A stretch of 64,000 nt of DNA. It comes from Octopus sinensis. Taxonomy: Eukaryota. Numbering within the stretch: the stretch's first letter is position 1; every line of letters begins with the position of its first letter. The notes under the pieces are model-generated. The model worked only from the letters and a program-made list of their open reading frames with translations, was not told the DNA's origin and did no database searches. Both the position numbers and the translations under genes were made by a program. The stretch lies in contig NC_043001.1 in assembly GCF_006345805.1 (NCBI RefSeq), positions 55,800,001 to 55,864,000 on the forward strand, in the 5' to 3' direction. This document shows, piece after piece, positions 13,568 to 26,757 of the stretch.

Positions 13568-13790
13568 CTATATATATATCTATAATATATATATATATAA
13601 TATATATAATATATAATATATAATATATATATATAATATATATTATATTATATATATATATATTATTATATATTATATATATATATATAATATATATATA
13701 TAGTATATATATATAATATATATAATATATAATATATATATAATATATATATATATATGATATATAAGCTATATATAATATAATATAAAA
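10840..13790. repeat. ~3-kb almost pure A/T satellite (TA/TAA-based, locally changing units)
   Basis: Nearly no G/C except sub-motifs ATCATACATA, ATTATGTATA and ATGTATAACAT. Interrupted by a complex island at ~11983-12178. Confidence 0.95.
12079..12176. repeat. Near-perfect palindrome, ~48-bp arms, 1-nt centre
   Basis: taagcaataaagggtttagcaacgaattgccttaccacataccgaattt-a-aaattcggtatgtggtaaggcaattcgttgctaaacccttattgctta, with a single 1-nt indel between arms. Confidence 0.95.
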
Positions 13791-14846
13791 TACACACACA
13801 CACACATTCATCTCTAGATACACATATACACTTATACATGTATACATCCATTTACAAATATATGCATACATAGATATACAAATATGCTAAATTAATATAT
13901 ATTTGTGTATTTATGTATGTGCTCCACAAACATACACACATATATATTACGCACATGCACATACACTCGTAGAGAGGCTGTGATTATTGAATCGATTGTA
14001 ACTTCAAACTTTGATAAAGAAAAAAAAGAATAATGACGCTTTTGTTTCTTTTATAAAATTATTGAACCTTATATTAAACATGAGTAGAATGAAAGAGGGG
14101 AGGAGTAGATATGCCGTTAACGAGAATCTTAATGCTTTTAAACTGCAGAAGGGGAAAAGACCAAGAATCCTGCCTCTCCAAAAATCATCATCGCTTCAAA
14201 ATAATTTAGTCTAACACAAACTAACAAAGAACTCTCTCAGTCAAGAGTATGGGACCTTTTTGTATAGGAGACGATCTACAAGTCATGATGAATCTTTAGT
14301 TTTATGTATTGAAAGATATGCATGCGATCAAAAATATGCTGCGTATGTTAGAATGTTACAATGCATTAAGTTACCCAGATCATTATTAATGCATTGAATA
14401 TCCGTACAAATGTTAAATAAGCTTGTGAAGAAACACTCCTTTGGTCTCAAGGATAAAACTTTTTTATGGAACATCAGCAGAGAACATTTCAAATTTGGAT
14501 TCGGGCGAAATTTTGGCAACGGATGAGTATCAAATCCTGTTCTATGCAGCGTCTCGAGCTATTTGAAATAGAAATATGTTCCTCAAATCAGACGTGATTT
14601 TCTAAGAGAATCATTATTATAATTCAATACCACATAACCCTTATAGGACGAGAAGTTCATGATTGAAATACGCCGGCTTAACCAGGACCGGCAAAGAGCT
14701 GGTATACCTACATTGTCATTCGACATGAGAGAAACAGCAGCCAAAATAGAAAAGAAACTATAATATAGTCAAAACTAGGGACCATGGTAGGGATTTTATC
14801 GAAGTACAAAGTTTCAATCTCAGAAGGAAAATACAAATCTTCAATG

Positions 14847-15926
14847 TTCTTTTATTTGTTTGTCATTTGACTGCGGCCATGCTGGAGCACCACCTTTAGT
14901 CGAGCAAATCGACCCCAGGACTTATTCTTTGTAAGCCTAGTACTTATCATATCGGTCTCTTTTGCCGAACCGCTAAGTTACGGGAACGTAAACACACCAA
15001 CATCGGTTGTCAAGCGATGTTGGGGTGACAGGCACAGACACTCAAACATATATGTATGTATGTGTATATACACATACACCGAGTACATACATACATACAT
15101 ACACACACACACATACATAGATACATACACACACACACATACATACATACACACACACATACTTACACACACACACATAGATACATACACACACACACAT
15201 ACATGCAGACATACATATACACATACACCGAGTAAAAAATTACACTGAATCGACCATACATACATACACACATACATACATACACATACACACATACATA
15301 GATACATACACACACACACATACATGCAGACATACATATACACATACACCGAGTAAAAAATTACGATGAATCGGCCATACATACATACATACACACATAC
15401 TTACACACACACACATACATAGATACATGCATACATACATATACACATACATGCATACATACATATACACATACACCGAGTAAAAAATCAGTTATCTCTC
15501 TCTTTCACACATTACTCTCTCTGTCTCTTCACACACACTAACAGAAGCACTTCACTTACACAACATACTGTCTGTCTCCCACACCCCATCAAACACATAC
15601 AGGCCGATTTCAAAGAGAAACCTTCTCGTCATAAAATCGCTTCCTCTTAGTCTCTTTCGCTCTCATTACTTATGTAAAAAAATAAAAGTTTTTTACGGAA
15701 ATCGACGGAAATCTGTGCTACGACATGCGAAACTTCGCCATATATATATATACACATATATACGACGGGCTTCTTTCAGTTTCCGTCTACCAAGTCCAAC
15801 CACAAGGCTTTGGTCGACCCGAGGCTATAGTAGAAGACACTTGCCCAAGGTGCCATACAGTGGGACTGAACCCGGAACTATGTGGTCGGTAAGCAAGCTA
15901 CTTACTACACAGCCACTTCTGCGCCT
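14847..15926 (-). mobile_element. SINE family A, full length, split by ~0.7 kb in its central microsatellite
   Basis: 3' half at 14847-15050 and tRNA-like head at 15760-15926 (B box GGTTCAGTCCC, A-box-like TGGCTGTGTAG on the minus strand). Confidence 0.88.
15075..15490. repeat. ~120-150-bp tandem repeat of (CA/CATA)n plus the anchor caccgagtaaaaaattac..tgaatcg.ccatac
   Basis: Anchor accgagta at about 15078, 15227, 15348 and 15475. Confidence 0.85.
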
Positions 15927-16944
15927 GTATGCAAAAACATTTTCTAAGAACCCAGGAAATTCCCGGGCCTGAGTATGATTTACTTTTCGCACCCCCTCTC
16001 ATATCAAAAAAGACAGGACGATACAGCTGGAATGTTTTGTGATTATAAGTTCGCTAGATCAGAGTAACACTTTCTAACATTGGTACAAAGCTGAACATGA
16101 TTAAATCGAGCTCAGTATTTGGTTGGCACTCTGTACAGATCTCAGAGAGTTAAAAAGCGAAGTCAAACTTAAAGGGATTTGAATTCAGATAACAGCAAAA
16201 AGATGGAACTAAATATAAAAAACGGCATTGTGGAGACTGCAACTTAGCTATACAGAAAGGGTTAAAACGCCGGGAAATGTCTTTGTGGTAACTGTTCCCA
16301 GCTTTTTTGCATTTTGAATTCAAATTCTGCCAAGCTAACTTGTCTTTCATCTTTCCAGGATCGACGAATAAAAAACCAATCTTGTATAGGAGAAGGTGAT
16401 TTTTCTTAACCATCTCTTTCTCAAAACCGGGTATACTGTACTGTGTGATGCATGCAGTCCCCATAACCCTCTCACAGAACAATGTAGCCAGAAAGGGGAT
16501 TAAGCAAACAATTTCTCATTTAGCATGTTAAAAAAACCGTCCAAAGAAACCAAGCATAGACGGAACGACGAACCATACAGTTAAAAAGAAACCCTTTATT
16601 GTTATTGTATTACTTGCTTGGTACTTGTTTCATCGACCACAGAGTCTTAAAAAGAAAAGCCTAACCCGACTGGGAACGAACTCAGATCTTAGTAAACAGA
16701 GATGTAACTAAATGCAGCAAAGCATTTCATAAACCACTACTTAACTGTATTACACGCTTGGTAGATTTTATCGACCACGGAGAGATGAAAAGGAAAAACC
16801 TACTCCGGTGGATTCTAACTCCTCCCAGAACGTAGAATAAATGTTGTAGTCCGGCACCCTACTGTTTACACAACTACATCGTCAAATAATAACTTATTTA
16901 CTTCGAAGGAAAGTACAATAAAATAGCATAAACGTACATACATC

Positions 16945-17715
16945 GGTATGTGTGCGAGACAATTCAGCTGTGACAATTCAGATGGCTGTGTATGTATGTA
17001 TGTATGTACCAGGGGGCAACACATACATACATGTATGTGTGTGCGTATCGCCCACATATCTGTGCGTGTGTTTGTGAAAGTGAGTGACGGGGAGGACAAT
17101 CCAGCAGCGTGTGCGCGACAATTATGTTTATACGTGTATCTGCATGTATGTGGGAATTTTGGCTTGCGTGCGACAGTTCAGTTGTGTGTATGACATTGCA
17201 TGTATGTGCATGTGTAAACCTTCAATCGTATTTATACATTCAGAAGTATGTATGCAAGACAATTCAGGAATGCGTATGTTATAACTCAGGCTTGAGTGCG
17301 TGCGTATGTATGTATATACGTACGTACGTATGTATAAGGCGCAAGCTTCTGTGCGGGAGTTGCAATTCTGGAAACTGATTTACTTACGCAAGTGCCGAAA
17401 TTCAAGTGTGAGTGTGTGTGTGGTGTGTGTGTGTGCATATGAATGAGTGTGCGTGCGCGTAAGCATGTGTCTGGGACGAATTAAGTTTTGCTTGTGTGTC
17501 GTCTGTATGGGACGTTTGAGTTTTGTGTTTGTGTACATCTGCACGTATAAGGGACGATTACGGGTACGTGTGTGCATGCCTGTACGTGCATGATATTATT
17601 CAAGTTTCTGTGTGTATGGTAATCCAGATTAGCATGTATATGAAAATTTAAGTTTGTAGCAATTCAAGTTTATGCGTTGGACAATTCACGCTTGCGTATG
17701 CACGAGCTTGTGTAT
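16945..17715. repeat. Highly decayed minisatellite, approximate unit gacaattcaggcttgcgtgt
   Basis: Recurrent acaattca/aattcaag/aatccag motifs separated by TG-rich spacers. Confidence 0.6.
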
Positions 17716-19904
17716 GGAAGGAAATACTGTGTGCATATCATACACATATATTCCATAATTAGAGAAACATGACTTCAATACAAGACTACATACAATAACA
17801 AACAAATATATTTAAACCCACAATATGTGTGATGAAGTGTGTCTTTAACTACTGGGCATTTTAGCGATGCAAACAAGAAAAAGTGATTGGAAAGGTTATT
17901 ACTGAGGTTAGCAAAATAGACGAGATTCAGTTCCCCATTTCGGTTCGGTTCAAATTAAATCGATTCAATTAGGAGGCGAAAGACAAAAGAACAATTATAT
18001 TGTGGATCGACCTAGCCAAATACCCTTCAATTCACACTCTTCTGTCTTAAAAAAAAAAGGTGGGTGTCAAAATAGAAGCTAAACTAGATGGTGTGGACGG
18101 AATATACATAGGTCTGCGCGAACGGAGCGGACTTGGGGGATAAGCAGTTTATTCGCAATCCCATGATCTACTAGATAATAGAAGCCAAATCGCCCTTAAA
18201 TCATACTAGACTGTAACCGTAAAAAGGTGAGGAAAAACACTGTTTTGTTTTAACAATACAGATCATAACAAAATGAGACTGGATGATCTCAGCTCGAACA
18301 CCTTTGCCTACTCAATCGAGATTTACCTAGGGCTGAACAACAACAATTAAGACAAGTTTATGAAGCTATAGCGAAATAGATTAAATACATGAAAAGCAAT
18401 AAATAAAAAAAAGTTCGGAAATACAAGCCACTAACCTTATTAATAATAATAATGGTAATAACAACAATAATGTAAATTCCATGAAGCATTCAAAATATGT
18501 TTATAGTAGCAATAACCATAATATTAATCCAGTTCGTCACAAAAAGGGAATATATTAAACTTGTTTTATCCATATGTATGTATATTTATCCATTCATTCA
18601 TTCATTGTATTTCGGAGACTGGGTATTTTGGTTAATCCCTATGAAATGAAAAAAAAATTGGTTTTTGTCAGTGGATGTTATTGATACTCCATACTCCACT
18701 TTTCTTCTCTCTTTCTATATCTATTTCTGTATATTCTTTCCTCTTCGCACTTTCTGTCGTTAAAATAAACAATTAACGAACAAGTTCCGTACGATATATA
18801 TTATAAAGAGAGAAAAAGAGAGATGTGCTTTCTTTATAACAGACTCTCGAGGCTGGGAGCGAGCGTAGCAAGCACATCTCCTCTCGCTGGCACCCCTGTT
18901 TAAAGTTAGCTACTTGAGTATAGGGATAATGGAGAGGGGAATGAGAGTAAGAAAGAAAGAGAGAGTGAGTGAGGAAAAGGATATTAACTTTAGCTGCATG
19001 TGTATGTGTCTGTGTGCCCGCGCGCATATACAGTTAGCGCTCTCTCTCTCACACACACACACGTTATGGGTATATTTATATACACATATATTTAGATATA
19101 TATATGTGTGTGTGTGTGTATACATGTGTATGTACATATTGATGTGTATGTATGTACGTGTGTGTGTGATGGACGCAGTCATGAGCTAGTTAGTTGTTAA
19201 GCAGTTCCTTTCGCAATCACGAAGTCCCGGGTTCGGTCCCACTATGTAGCATATTGGACGCGTATCTTTTACCAGAAGTTTGGGTCTACCCAAGCCGTAA
19301 GTGAAATTGGATAGACGAGTAGACAATACCAGTAATTTAAAAGGACCAAACTATCGGGGGGAGGGGGAGGGGATTTTGTGTCCTGAATGTCATTCCTTAA
19401 ATAACTTCATTAAATTGCCGAAGCAGATTTAGGTGAATTCAACTAAGTTGAGTTTATCATATAATTCAATTAATCCAGTTATATCATACATATTACCTTC
19501 ATGCGTTTATTTCGGAAATATGGAATGAAATGTGATGTTATAGTATCCATGCTCGCGTCGATACTATATTTCGCTACAAATGAAATAATTTTTTTTTTCC
19601 TCCTCTAAGCACAAAGTCTGAAATTTTGTGGAAGGGGACTTAGTTGTTTAATTCGATCTAAGTTCTTGACTGGTATTTATTTTATCAACTCCGAAAGGAT
19701 GAAAGGCAAAGTCGGCCAAAGTGGTATTTGAACTCAGATGAATGCACTAAAATTAAAAGGAAATAAAAATTTACACAAAACACAGAGGAGATAGGATAAA
19801 AAGACAAAAACAACCGATGTTGTTGTTTAGCTTGCGGTCAACCCTAAATCAGAGTTATTGCCATAGGTGTCCTTTTATTTTAAGTTGATAGGGTGTAAAA
19901 TAGA

Positions 19905-20160
19905 AAGTTAACCTCCGAGACAAGTCCAGATAAGGTTGTTTATGGAAGATCACCAGTTACCCATGCATACAAGCCTCCCCTCTCCACGCTACCATACAGC
20001 TCGGCACCAGTGACATCGCAACTCATTTCTGCAGCTGAGTGAACTGAACTAGAGAAACATTAAATAAAGTATCTTGCTCAAGAACATAAGCAGCCCTGTC
20101 CGGGAATCGAACTGACTACATCATGACTGTGATCCCGACGCTCTAACCACTGCGTCATGC
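19905..20160 (-). mobile_element. tRNA-derived SINE family D (decayed)
   Basis: Shares ggttgtttatggaaga...gcaactcatttctgcagctgagtgaac...ctctaaccactg with 54951-55280. Confidence 0.8.
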
Positions 20161-22187
20161 GGTAGGGTGTAATATGAGAAGACCTCGTACAGGCACCCCT
20201 TCTCGGTTTTTTTTTTTTTTTGTAGCCTCATGCCTGCCCTGATGGAGTAGATCCAGAATTAGAGGCATTCCAGCCGTGATCATCGCGTATTTTCTTACTT
20301 GCGGAGAGTCTAAGACTCTATCTAACATATTCTGATATTTCTTACCAAGTTCAGTGACCATGCAGAAGTGGCTTTTGTTGGATCTCGCACAAATTGCCAC
20401 AAAAACCATTATAGTGATGGCAGGCCAATAAGGGACCTTTACGATGCTTTCTTTTATACTATTACTGATTTTAGTCATTGGTCTGTGGGCTCCATGCCCC
20501 AGGGGTGCACTGAACTGTATTTCTCCTTCACTATTCACTGGTGCACCCTCAGATTTACAGTATTATACTTCTTTCGAAGCTCCACTTTAGCATTATTACA
20601 AATTAGTGCCCACACAGAATATTTTGAAGCACCTCCAGACACCAAAGTCTGGCGAAGGGGCCTGATGGGCTCCAGTGATTATTTAAGTTCGGAACTTATT
20701 TTGTCATTTCTGTTGAGTTACAAAGTTGCAAGACAAATGGACACAAACGTAAAAATCACTTGGGCATGCAGTTGGACACAAAATACGGAAACTGACGATC
20801 GGCTTCCAGTTTCTGTCTAACAAATTCTATGCGCATGGCAAAACTGAATCTGGGGCAGCAAGAGAAAATAACTATTTGCCCGAGATGCTGCATAATAGGC
20901 TCGAACCTGAAACCATGTAGAGTGGAAGTGAACTGCTTAACCACGGTAGTATGCTAGAAATAGCCGCTCAATCGCTCTCAAATCACACCTACCTTCTTAT
21001 AAAAGGATTTTTCATATTGCTGGATGATGTGAGTTATGAAAAGCTCGCTTAATGATAACAGCAAGAACAATAACGAAGTAGGTAACAGCAGTAAATGAGG
21101 GGACTTATAAAGGGTTTCGTTACACTAAAAGTAGCATCCTAAATTCCCACAATTCTTATGATCTTTAAGAAAAGAGGACGTGGCTCGAAACTAACGAATT
21201 CTGGAAGACTGAACGATCATTACTGAAACCTCTTTGATCGTGCGCTAGTCAGAAATACCTTAAATCGTACGCCTGTCTGATCGAACAACAGCAGCAACAA
21301 TGAGATAGTGGCTTAGTTAAACAGATGAGAATTGCGAACTGAAATCTTGTCGGGCATACACTATAGACTATACTATACACTGCGTAATTCTTCTTGATAT
21401 GAGGGAGAATCGGCTACTTCTAGCCGGTCCTCGTTTTTATTTTTTGGACTTGAGCAAATAGATTTATGATGAAAGGCTTTCAGTGAGAACCATTTAGCAT
21501 TAAGAGTCCAATGAACTGCCTACAAACGAGCTAAGGGAAATGCTTAAATAAGCCAGCGGCAAAGATTTATAGAATTTGGGTAATTCTACTCTAATGCCAT
21601 ACGTTATTCCGTTTTTTTTTATCATTCTGGGTCGAAGTCAACTTTGCTTTTCATCTGTTCGAGGTCGATAATGCACTGGTCAAGGGCGGCGGACTGACAG
21701 AATCGTTAGTGTGACGGTATTTGTTCTAGTTCTTTGCATTTTGAGTTTAAATCTTTGTGTGTAAACTTACACGTACACACAAATACCACAGCTTCAGAAT
21801 AGTTTCCATCTATCATATTCCATTCATATGTATCGTCGCTAGATACAATACAAAGAGAACCATCGGTTTGTTTATCTGCAATGCATCCTCTATTTGGTAG
21901 CTATTTCAGGCAAGTCCAGTTATCACTCGGAAGTTTCGATTGTTGATTTGTATGTGCTTCCGTATGATCCGTTATTTAAGATGCTGATTAGGAACTCGAA
22001 GTGATGGGAGATGAGAGGAACTGCGTCGGCAACAATTAATATATTTATTAATTGATGAGCTGGGTGAGTTTATTTTCCGTAAGCAAAAAAGAATCTGAAA
22101 ACTCTTTACGTCCGTATGTTGAGAAAATAAGTGTATTTTTTATTGCCTTAGTGGCAAGTTGGTATTAAGACTTCTGGATATTCTGAG

Positions 22188-22218
22188 TTCTCAGATGAAG
22201 GGTTTTCGAAACGTTAGG
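22188..22218 (+). ncRNA. Degenerate minimal hammerhead-like motif
   Basis: ctCAGATGAagggttttcGAAACGTTagg: one mismatch in the CTGATGA box, GAAA intact, palindromic AACGTT stem III. Stems I and II are weak. Confidence 0.35.
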
Positions 22219-23604
22219 TTCTTCACTCCACACGACAAAATCTAGTGAAAGCTTCAACGAATTCTTCTTCCTATAAGATAGCAGAATATGGTTTAAGGGA
22301 AATTTAGCTGTTATGCCTAAGAGGATGTGTGACTGCGTAGAAGTTATATTGTCTCGCGCCAAATAGTAGGGAAGACGAGTTGTTAAAGGTGAGGGAGAGA
22401 GACGGAGATAGCGAGGTGGTTAAGGAGGGAAGCTTGGAGAAGAAAAGTAGTAAAGGGAAAAGGGAAGCGGAGGCATGTATTTAAAAAGCCATTCGTTCAA
22501 ACTTCAATAAAACTTCAAAAGTTAAGAGAAGTTTATTAATAGTGGAGTGGTGGTGTTCGTGGTAATGGCGGTAAATGTGAAAGGGATCGTAGCGGCAGTG
22601 TAAACGACGATGGTGGTGATGGAGGTGTTGTATTGGAATAATGGCAATAGTGAAAATGATGTTGATGACGGAGGCGATAATGTTTGTAGTGGCGATAGAT
22701 AGTGTCAACAATGCTGGTGGTGGTGATGAGTGTTGATGGTGGTGGTGAAATCGTGAAAGCTGGTTGTGACGGTGGTTATGGGTCAGAGATTGTTCACTGT
22801 GCTGCTGTTTAACCCCAGATCAACTTTGGTTGAATGAACCATTGATCAAAGGTTTTTTCATATTTGACCATCTCCCCCCCCCCTTAAATTGACTAAATAA
22901 TATGTCCTTACTTTTATTAGAGCGATGGAGTGTGAAGTGAAGGAGATTTAGCTGCAATCTCAAATAACCGCTTAAAGACTCCCGTATAAGCTTGTAGGCT
23001 GTATTCTTGTTTCGGCCCAGCTCAAATTTGAACGAGCATATTTCAGATGAAAGACATCCCGTCTTTTTAGACGATTACACTGTCTAATGTGTCCTTTTCT
23101 AGGATATGATATAGAGTGGGGCTGGCAGTTATTCCTTGAAGGTCGAACGACGTTGATTCAGGCTCCTCGGGTGGTAGGACAAAGATAGGCGGAAGGGGAA
23201 GAGAGGAAGCGAGACTGAGAAAGAGAGGAAGCAGGAAGGAAAAACAATAGAAAAGAATGAAAAGAGAGATAAAATGAAGAAACAATAGATATAAAGGGAG
23301 ATGGGTAAATAGAGGAAGTAAATAGCGGAGAGAAGCACAAGTTAAAAAGACTGGATGCTGCATGTCCGTTTTAGAAGTTAAAAAGAAGCAAATTAACCGC
23401 ACACATGTGTGTATTTGTATGGATATGTATGTATATAGAAGCGTCCCCAAATGTCTCGCTGTATTGAGTTGCGCTTGCATGTATGGAAGTGGAGAGGTGG
23501 GATGATTCTAGAGATGAAATGCGAAAGAGAGAAGACGAGAGTGCTGGATGGGTAAATGGTTGGGTGGTTGTGTAGACACTTCACAGCAATTACATATATT
23601 TTTA

Positions 23605-23812
23605 TTCTTTTACTCGTTTCAGTCAGTTGACTGCGACCATGCTGGAGCACCGCCTTTCAAGTTTTTTTTTTTACACGAACGGATCGACCCAACTTTTTTT
23701 AAAGCCTAGTACTTATTCTATCGGTCTCTTTTGTCGAACTGTAAAGTTACGGGGACGTTAACACACCAACACCGGTTCTCAAGCGGTATGGGGAGACAAA
23801 CGCAGACACAAA
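23605..23812 (-). mobile_element. SINE family A, 3' half
   Basis: cttttactcgtttcagtcag...catgctggagcaccgcc...gttacggggacg. Confidence 0.85.
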
Positions 23813-23940
23813 AACAGGAAGGGCCATTATACAAAATTTGCATAGAATTGCATCAATGGCCAAGTCACAGAAGTACGACGAAACTCTTTGCATTCGAAAT
23901 CGACATTTTGTGGTAATGTTTACCTTGCGTGTGTGTAATC

Positions 23941-24780
23941 CTTTATCTTTTATTTGTTTCAGTCATTTGACTGAGGTCATGCTGGGGCATCTTGAAGAAT
24001 TTCAGTTTCAGTCAACCTCAGTTTTAAAACTGAGTTTGTACTGGTACTTATTCTAATCAGGTTCTATTTGCCGAACCGCGGAAAGACTTCCGCCACCCCA
24101 TCATGTCTCCCAAATTTGTTTATTAATTTTTTTTCCCCAAATCCCTGTTTTCGGATACGGAGGTTCTGGAAAATTGCCAAAAGTCGGCATTGTGAAAATC
24201 CACCATCTCGCCCCAACTTCAATTTTGACTTTTTTTTCCGCAACGCTAACCCTAACCCTAACCCTAAGTACAGAAATATTTTGAAATTTTTATCCAAATC
24301 CTGATGTCCGTATTTTTCTGTATATTTAGAAAAGAAAAAAATTCTTTAAAAAAAATTTTATTAAGATTTTTGAAGGAAATGGGGTGGTAATTTAGAAATG
24401 TCGATTTTTACCAATTTTTTTTTTTTTTGCAGATTCGTATTCCGCGTAGCCGAAAAGGGGGTTTGCGTTGAAAAAAAAGTTTTTAAAAAGGGTGGAGTTT
24501 TTTTTTGAGGGGGGGGGATTCTTGCCCGAACCGCTGAGTTACGGGATCGTAAACACACCAGCACGGGTTATCAAACGGTGGTGAGGGACACACACACACA
24601 TATGAATGTGTGTGAACAATTCCTTTCCCTTTATTTTCCACCTACCAAATCCACTCGCAAGGCTTTGGTCAGCCCGGAGATATAGTAGAAGACACTTGCT
24701 CAAGGTGCCACTACGTCGTGGGACGGAAACTGGGACCATATGGTTGGGAAGCAAACTTCTTACAATACAATCACGCATGA
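23941..24780 (-). mobile_element. SINE family A, interrupted by a 449-bp insertion
   Basis: The SINE motif gccgaaccgctaagttac is split between 24070-24078 and 24528-24542. Confidence 0.85.
24079..24527. mobile_element. Non-autonomous TIR element with 6-bp TSD (GAACCG) and internal (CCCTAA)3
   Basis: GAACCG at 24073-24078 and 24528-24533. Imperfect TIR CGGAAAGACTTCC / GGATTCTTGCCC. Telomeric hexamers at 24246-24267. Confidence 0.8.
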
Positions 24781-24861
24781 GGCATATATATATATATATA
24801 TATATATATAAACAAACACACACACACGTTTACAAAGACATTTATGTGGGTGTACAAGTAT

Positions 24862-24926
<65 letters not shown>

Positions 24927-25452
24927 TGCGGTTAAACCACCCTTAAAGGGTAAAAAGTGGAGTAACGAGAAAGAACCTCTTTCCCACTCACAGAATATGA
25001 AATTATAGAAATTGGGAGGGGGAACGAGGCAGGACAGCAGACAAAGGTAGGGGTGAAGGATGCGAGAGAGATAGACAGGGACCCAGAGAGAGAGGGGGGA
25101 AGAGAGAGAAGCAATTGGAGGGGGCGGAGCAGACTGTTTCAAAGGGCAAGTGATGTGATGATCGTGGTGGAACGAAGTCCCAGATGGGCAGGGAACGTCG
25201 AGAAGGGAGAAACGGGGTGGAATTGCGAGAAAGACATGGGTGTATAAAAAGACAGAGAAATATGAAGAAAAACTATGCAAGTAGTTGTAATGAAAGTAGT
25301 TGTAGAGGCAGCAGTATTAAGAACGTGGTGGTAGTAACAGTGTATGGTGCAAAACCCCAAATTGTAGAAGTACTAGGATGACAAAGGAAAGGGCGGGATT
25401 TTACACACACAATACATATCTCTCTCTCTTTCTCTCATATATATATATATAT

Positions 25453-25803
25453 ATTCTTTTACTTGTTTCAGTCATTTGACTGCGGCCATGCTGGAGCACC
25501 GCCTTTAGTCGAGCAAATCGACCCCAGGACTTATTTTTGTAAGCCTAGTACTTATTCTATCGGTCTCTGATGGGGACATAAACACACCAGCATCGGTTGT
25601 CGAGCGATGTTGGGGGAACAAACACAGACACACAAACACACATACATATATATAAATCACGACAGACTTTCCGTTTCCGTCTACCAAATCCACTCACAAG
25701 GCTTTGGTCGGCCCGAAGCTATAGAAGAAGGTGCCACGCAGTGGGACTGAGGCAGGAACCTTGTGGTTGGTAAGCAAGCTACCTACCACACAGCCACTCC
25801 TGC
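25453..25803 (-). mobile_element. SINE family A, near full length
   Basis: Tail cttttacttgtttcagtcatttgactgcggcc through head ccacacagccactcctgc. Confidence 0.92.
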
Positions 25804-26047
25804 CGGGGATTATTATAAATATTATTCAAAAAACAAAAAAAAAAGGAAAGATTGAGAAAACAGAGTTAGTAAAGACGTAAATTAATTTAACATAGTTCCA
25901 AGGTAAAAACTGAATACAAATAAATCCCTGAATCGATTTACATCTTTACCAACTCTCCGTTTTCTCAACCTTTATTATTGAATAATATTTATTGTGTGTG
26001 TGTGTCCCAGTATGGCCGCAGTCTAAAAGTAAAACCAGTACAAGATA

Positions 26048-26054
<7 letters not shown>

Positions 26055-26134
<80 letters not shown>
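26055..26134. repeat. (TA)n(GA)n compound microsatellite
   Basis: Direct reading. Confidence 0.95.
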
Positions 26135-26137
<3 letters not shown>

Positions 26138-26273
26138 GATGGAGAAAGAAGAGAAGAGTGTTGGGGTAACATACAAGAGGTAGAAATGGGTTTCGAGTAA
26201 TAGCATTAGTGATGGTGGATAAGTTCCTAGAATTGTTGAGGTGGTGGAAAGAGAAGTAGTGGTGATGGTGGTG

Positions 26274-26338
<65 letters not shown>

Positions 26339-26757
26339 GAGAGAGGGCAGAGATGAGAGTAGTAGGATGTGAGAGAAGGCTACAATACAAAGATGACTGG
26401 AGGCTGGTTGGAGGATGAAGGAAAAAATTAAGGAGGGTGAAAGTGAGAGGGATTGATGGAAGATGTAAGAGCGAAGAGCAGCAGATATGGGTGGTGGTAT
26501 TGATGTAGAAATGGAAGAGGTGTGATTTATATATATATATATATATATAAACAGAGAGAGAAAGGGGGGATGTGGATGACGGTGGTGATGCGGGGAGGAA
26601 TGTATGAAATTGGGCAACAGCTGATGGACTGACACACGGACAGACAAATGGTGGGCGCAAGGAGAGGTGGAGGGAATCGTCTTGTTACCCTCCACACCAT
26701 CTCTTCAAAAGCAACAAATTCTGTCACTTTATTCAACAGCATTAATAGGGCGTTGTG

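Noticed and set aside
12683-13871. Long I/Y-rich ORFs
   Set aside because: Translations of the A/T satellite.
15075-15490. CRISPR-like repeat-spacer appearance
   Set aside because: The spacers are near-identical microsatellites, the context is eukaryotic, and there are no cas genes.
18795-18910. TATA-like run followed by a short GC-rich patch (possible promoter or first exon)
   Set aside because: TATA-like strings are ubiquitous here and there is no independent support.
20368-20820. 150-aa ORF without simple repeats
   Set aside because: Non-ATG start, no recognisable motif, and it ends inside a decayed SINE head.
24246-24267. Telomere or chromosome-fusion relic
   Set aside because: Only three hexamers, lying inside a TSD-flanked insertion.
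25989-26742. 213-223-aa minus-strand ORFs
   Set aside because: Cross TA, GA and CA microsatellites and purine-rich low-complexity sequence; no recognisable domain.
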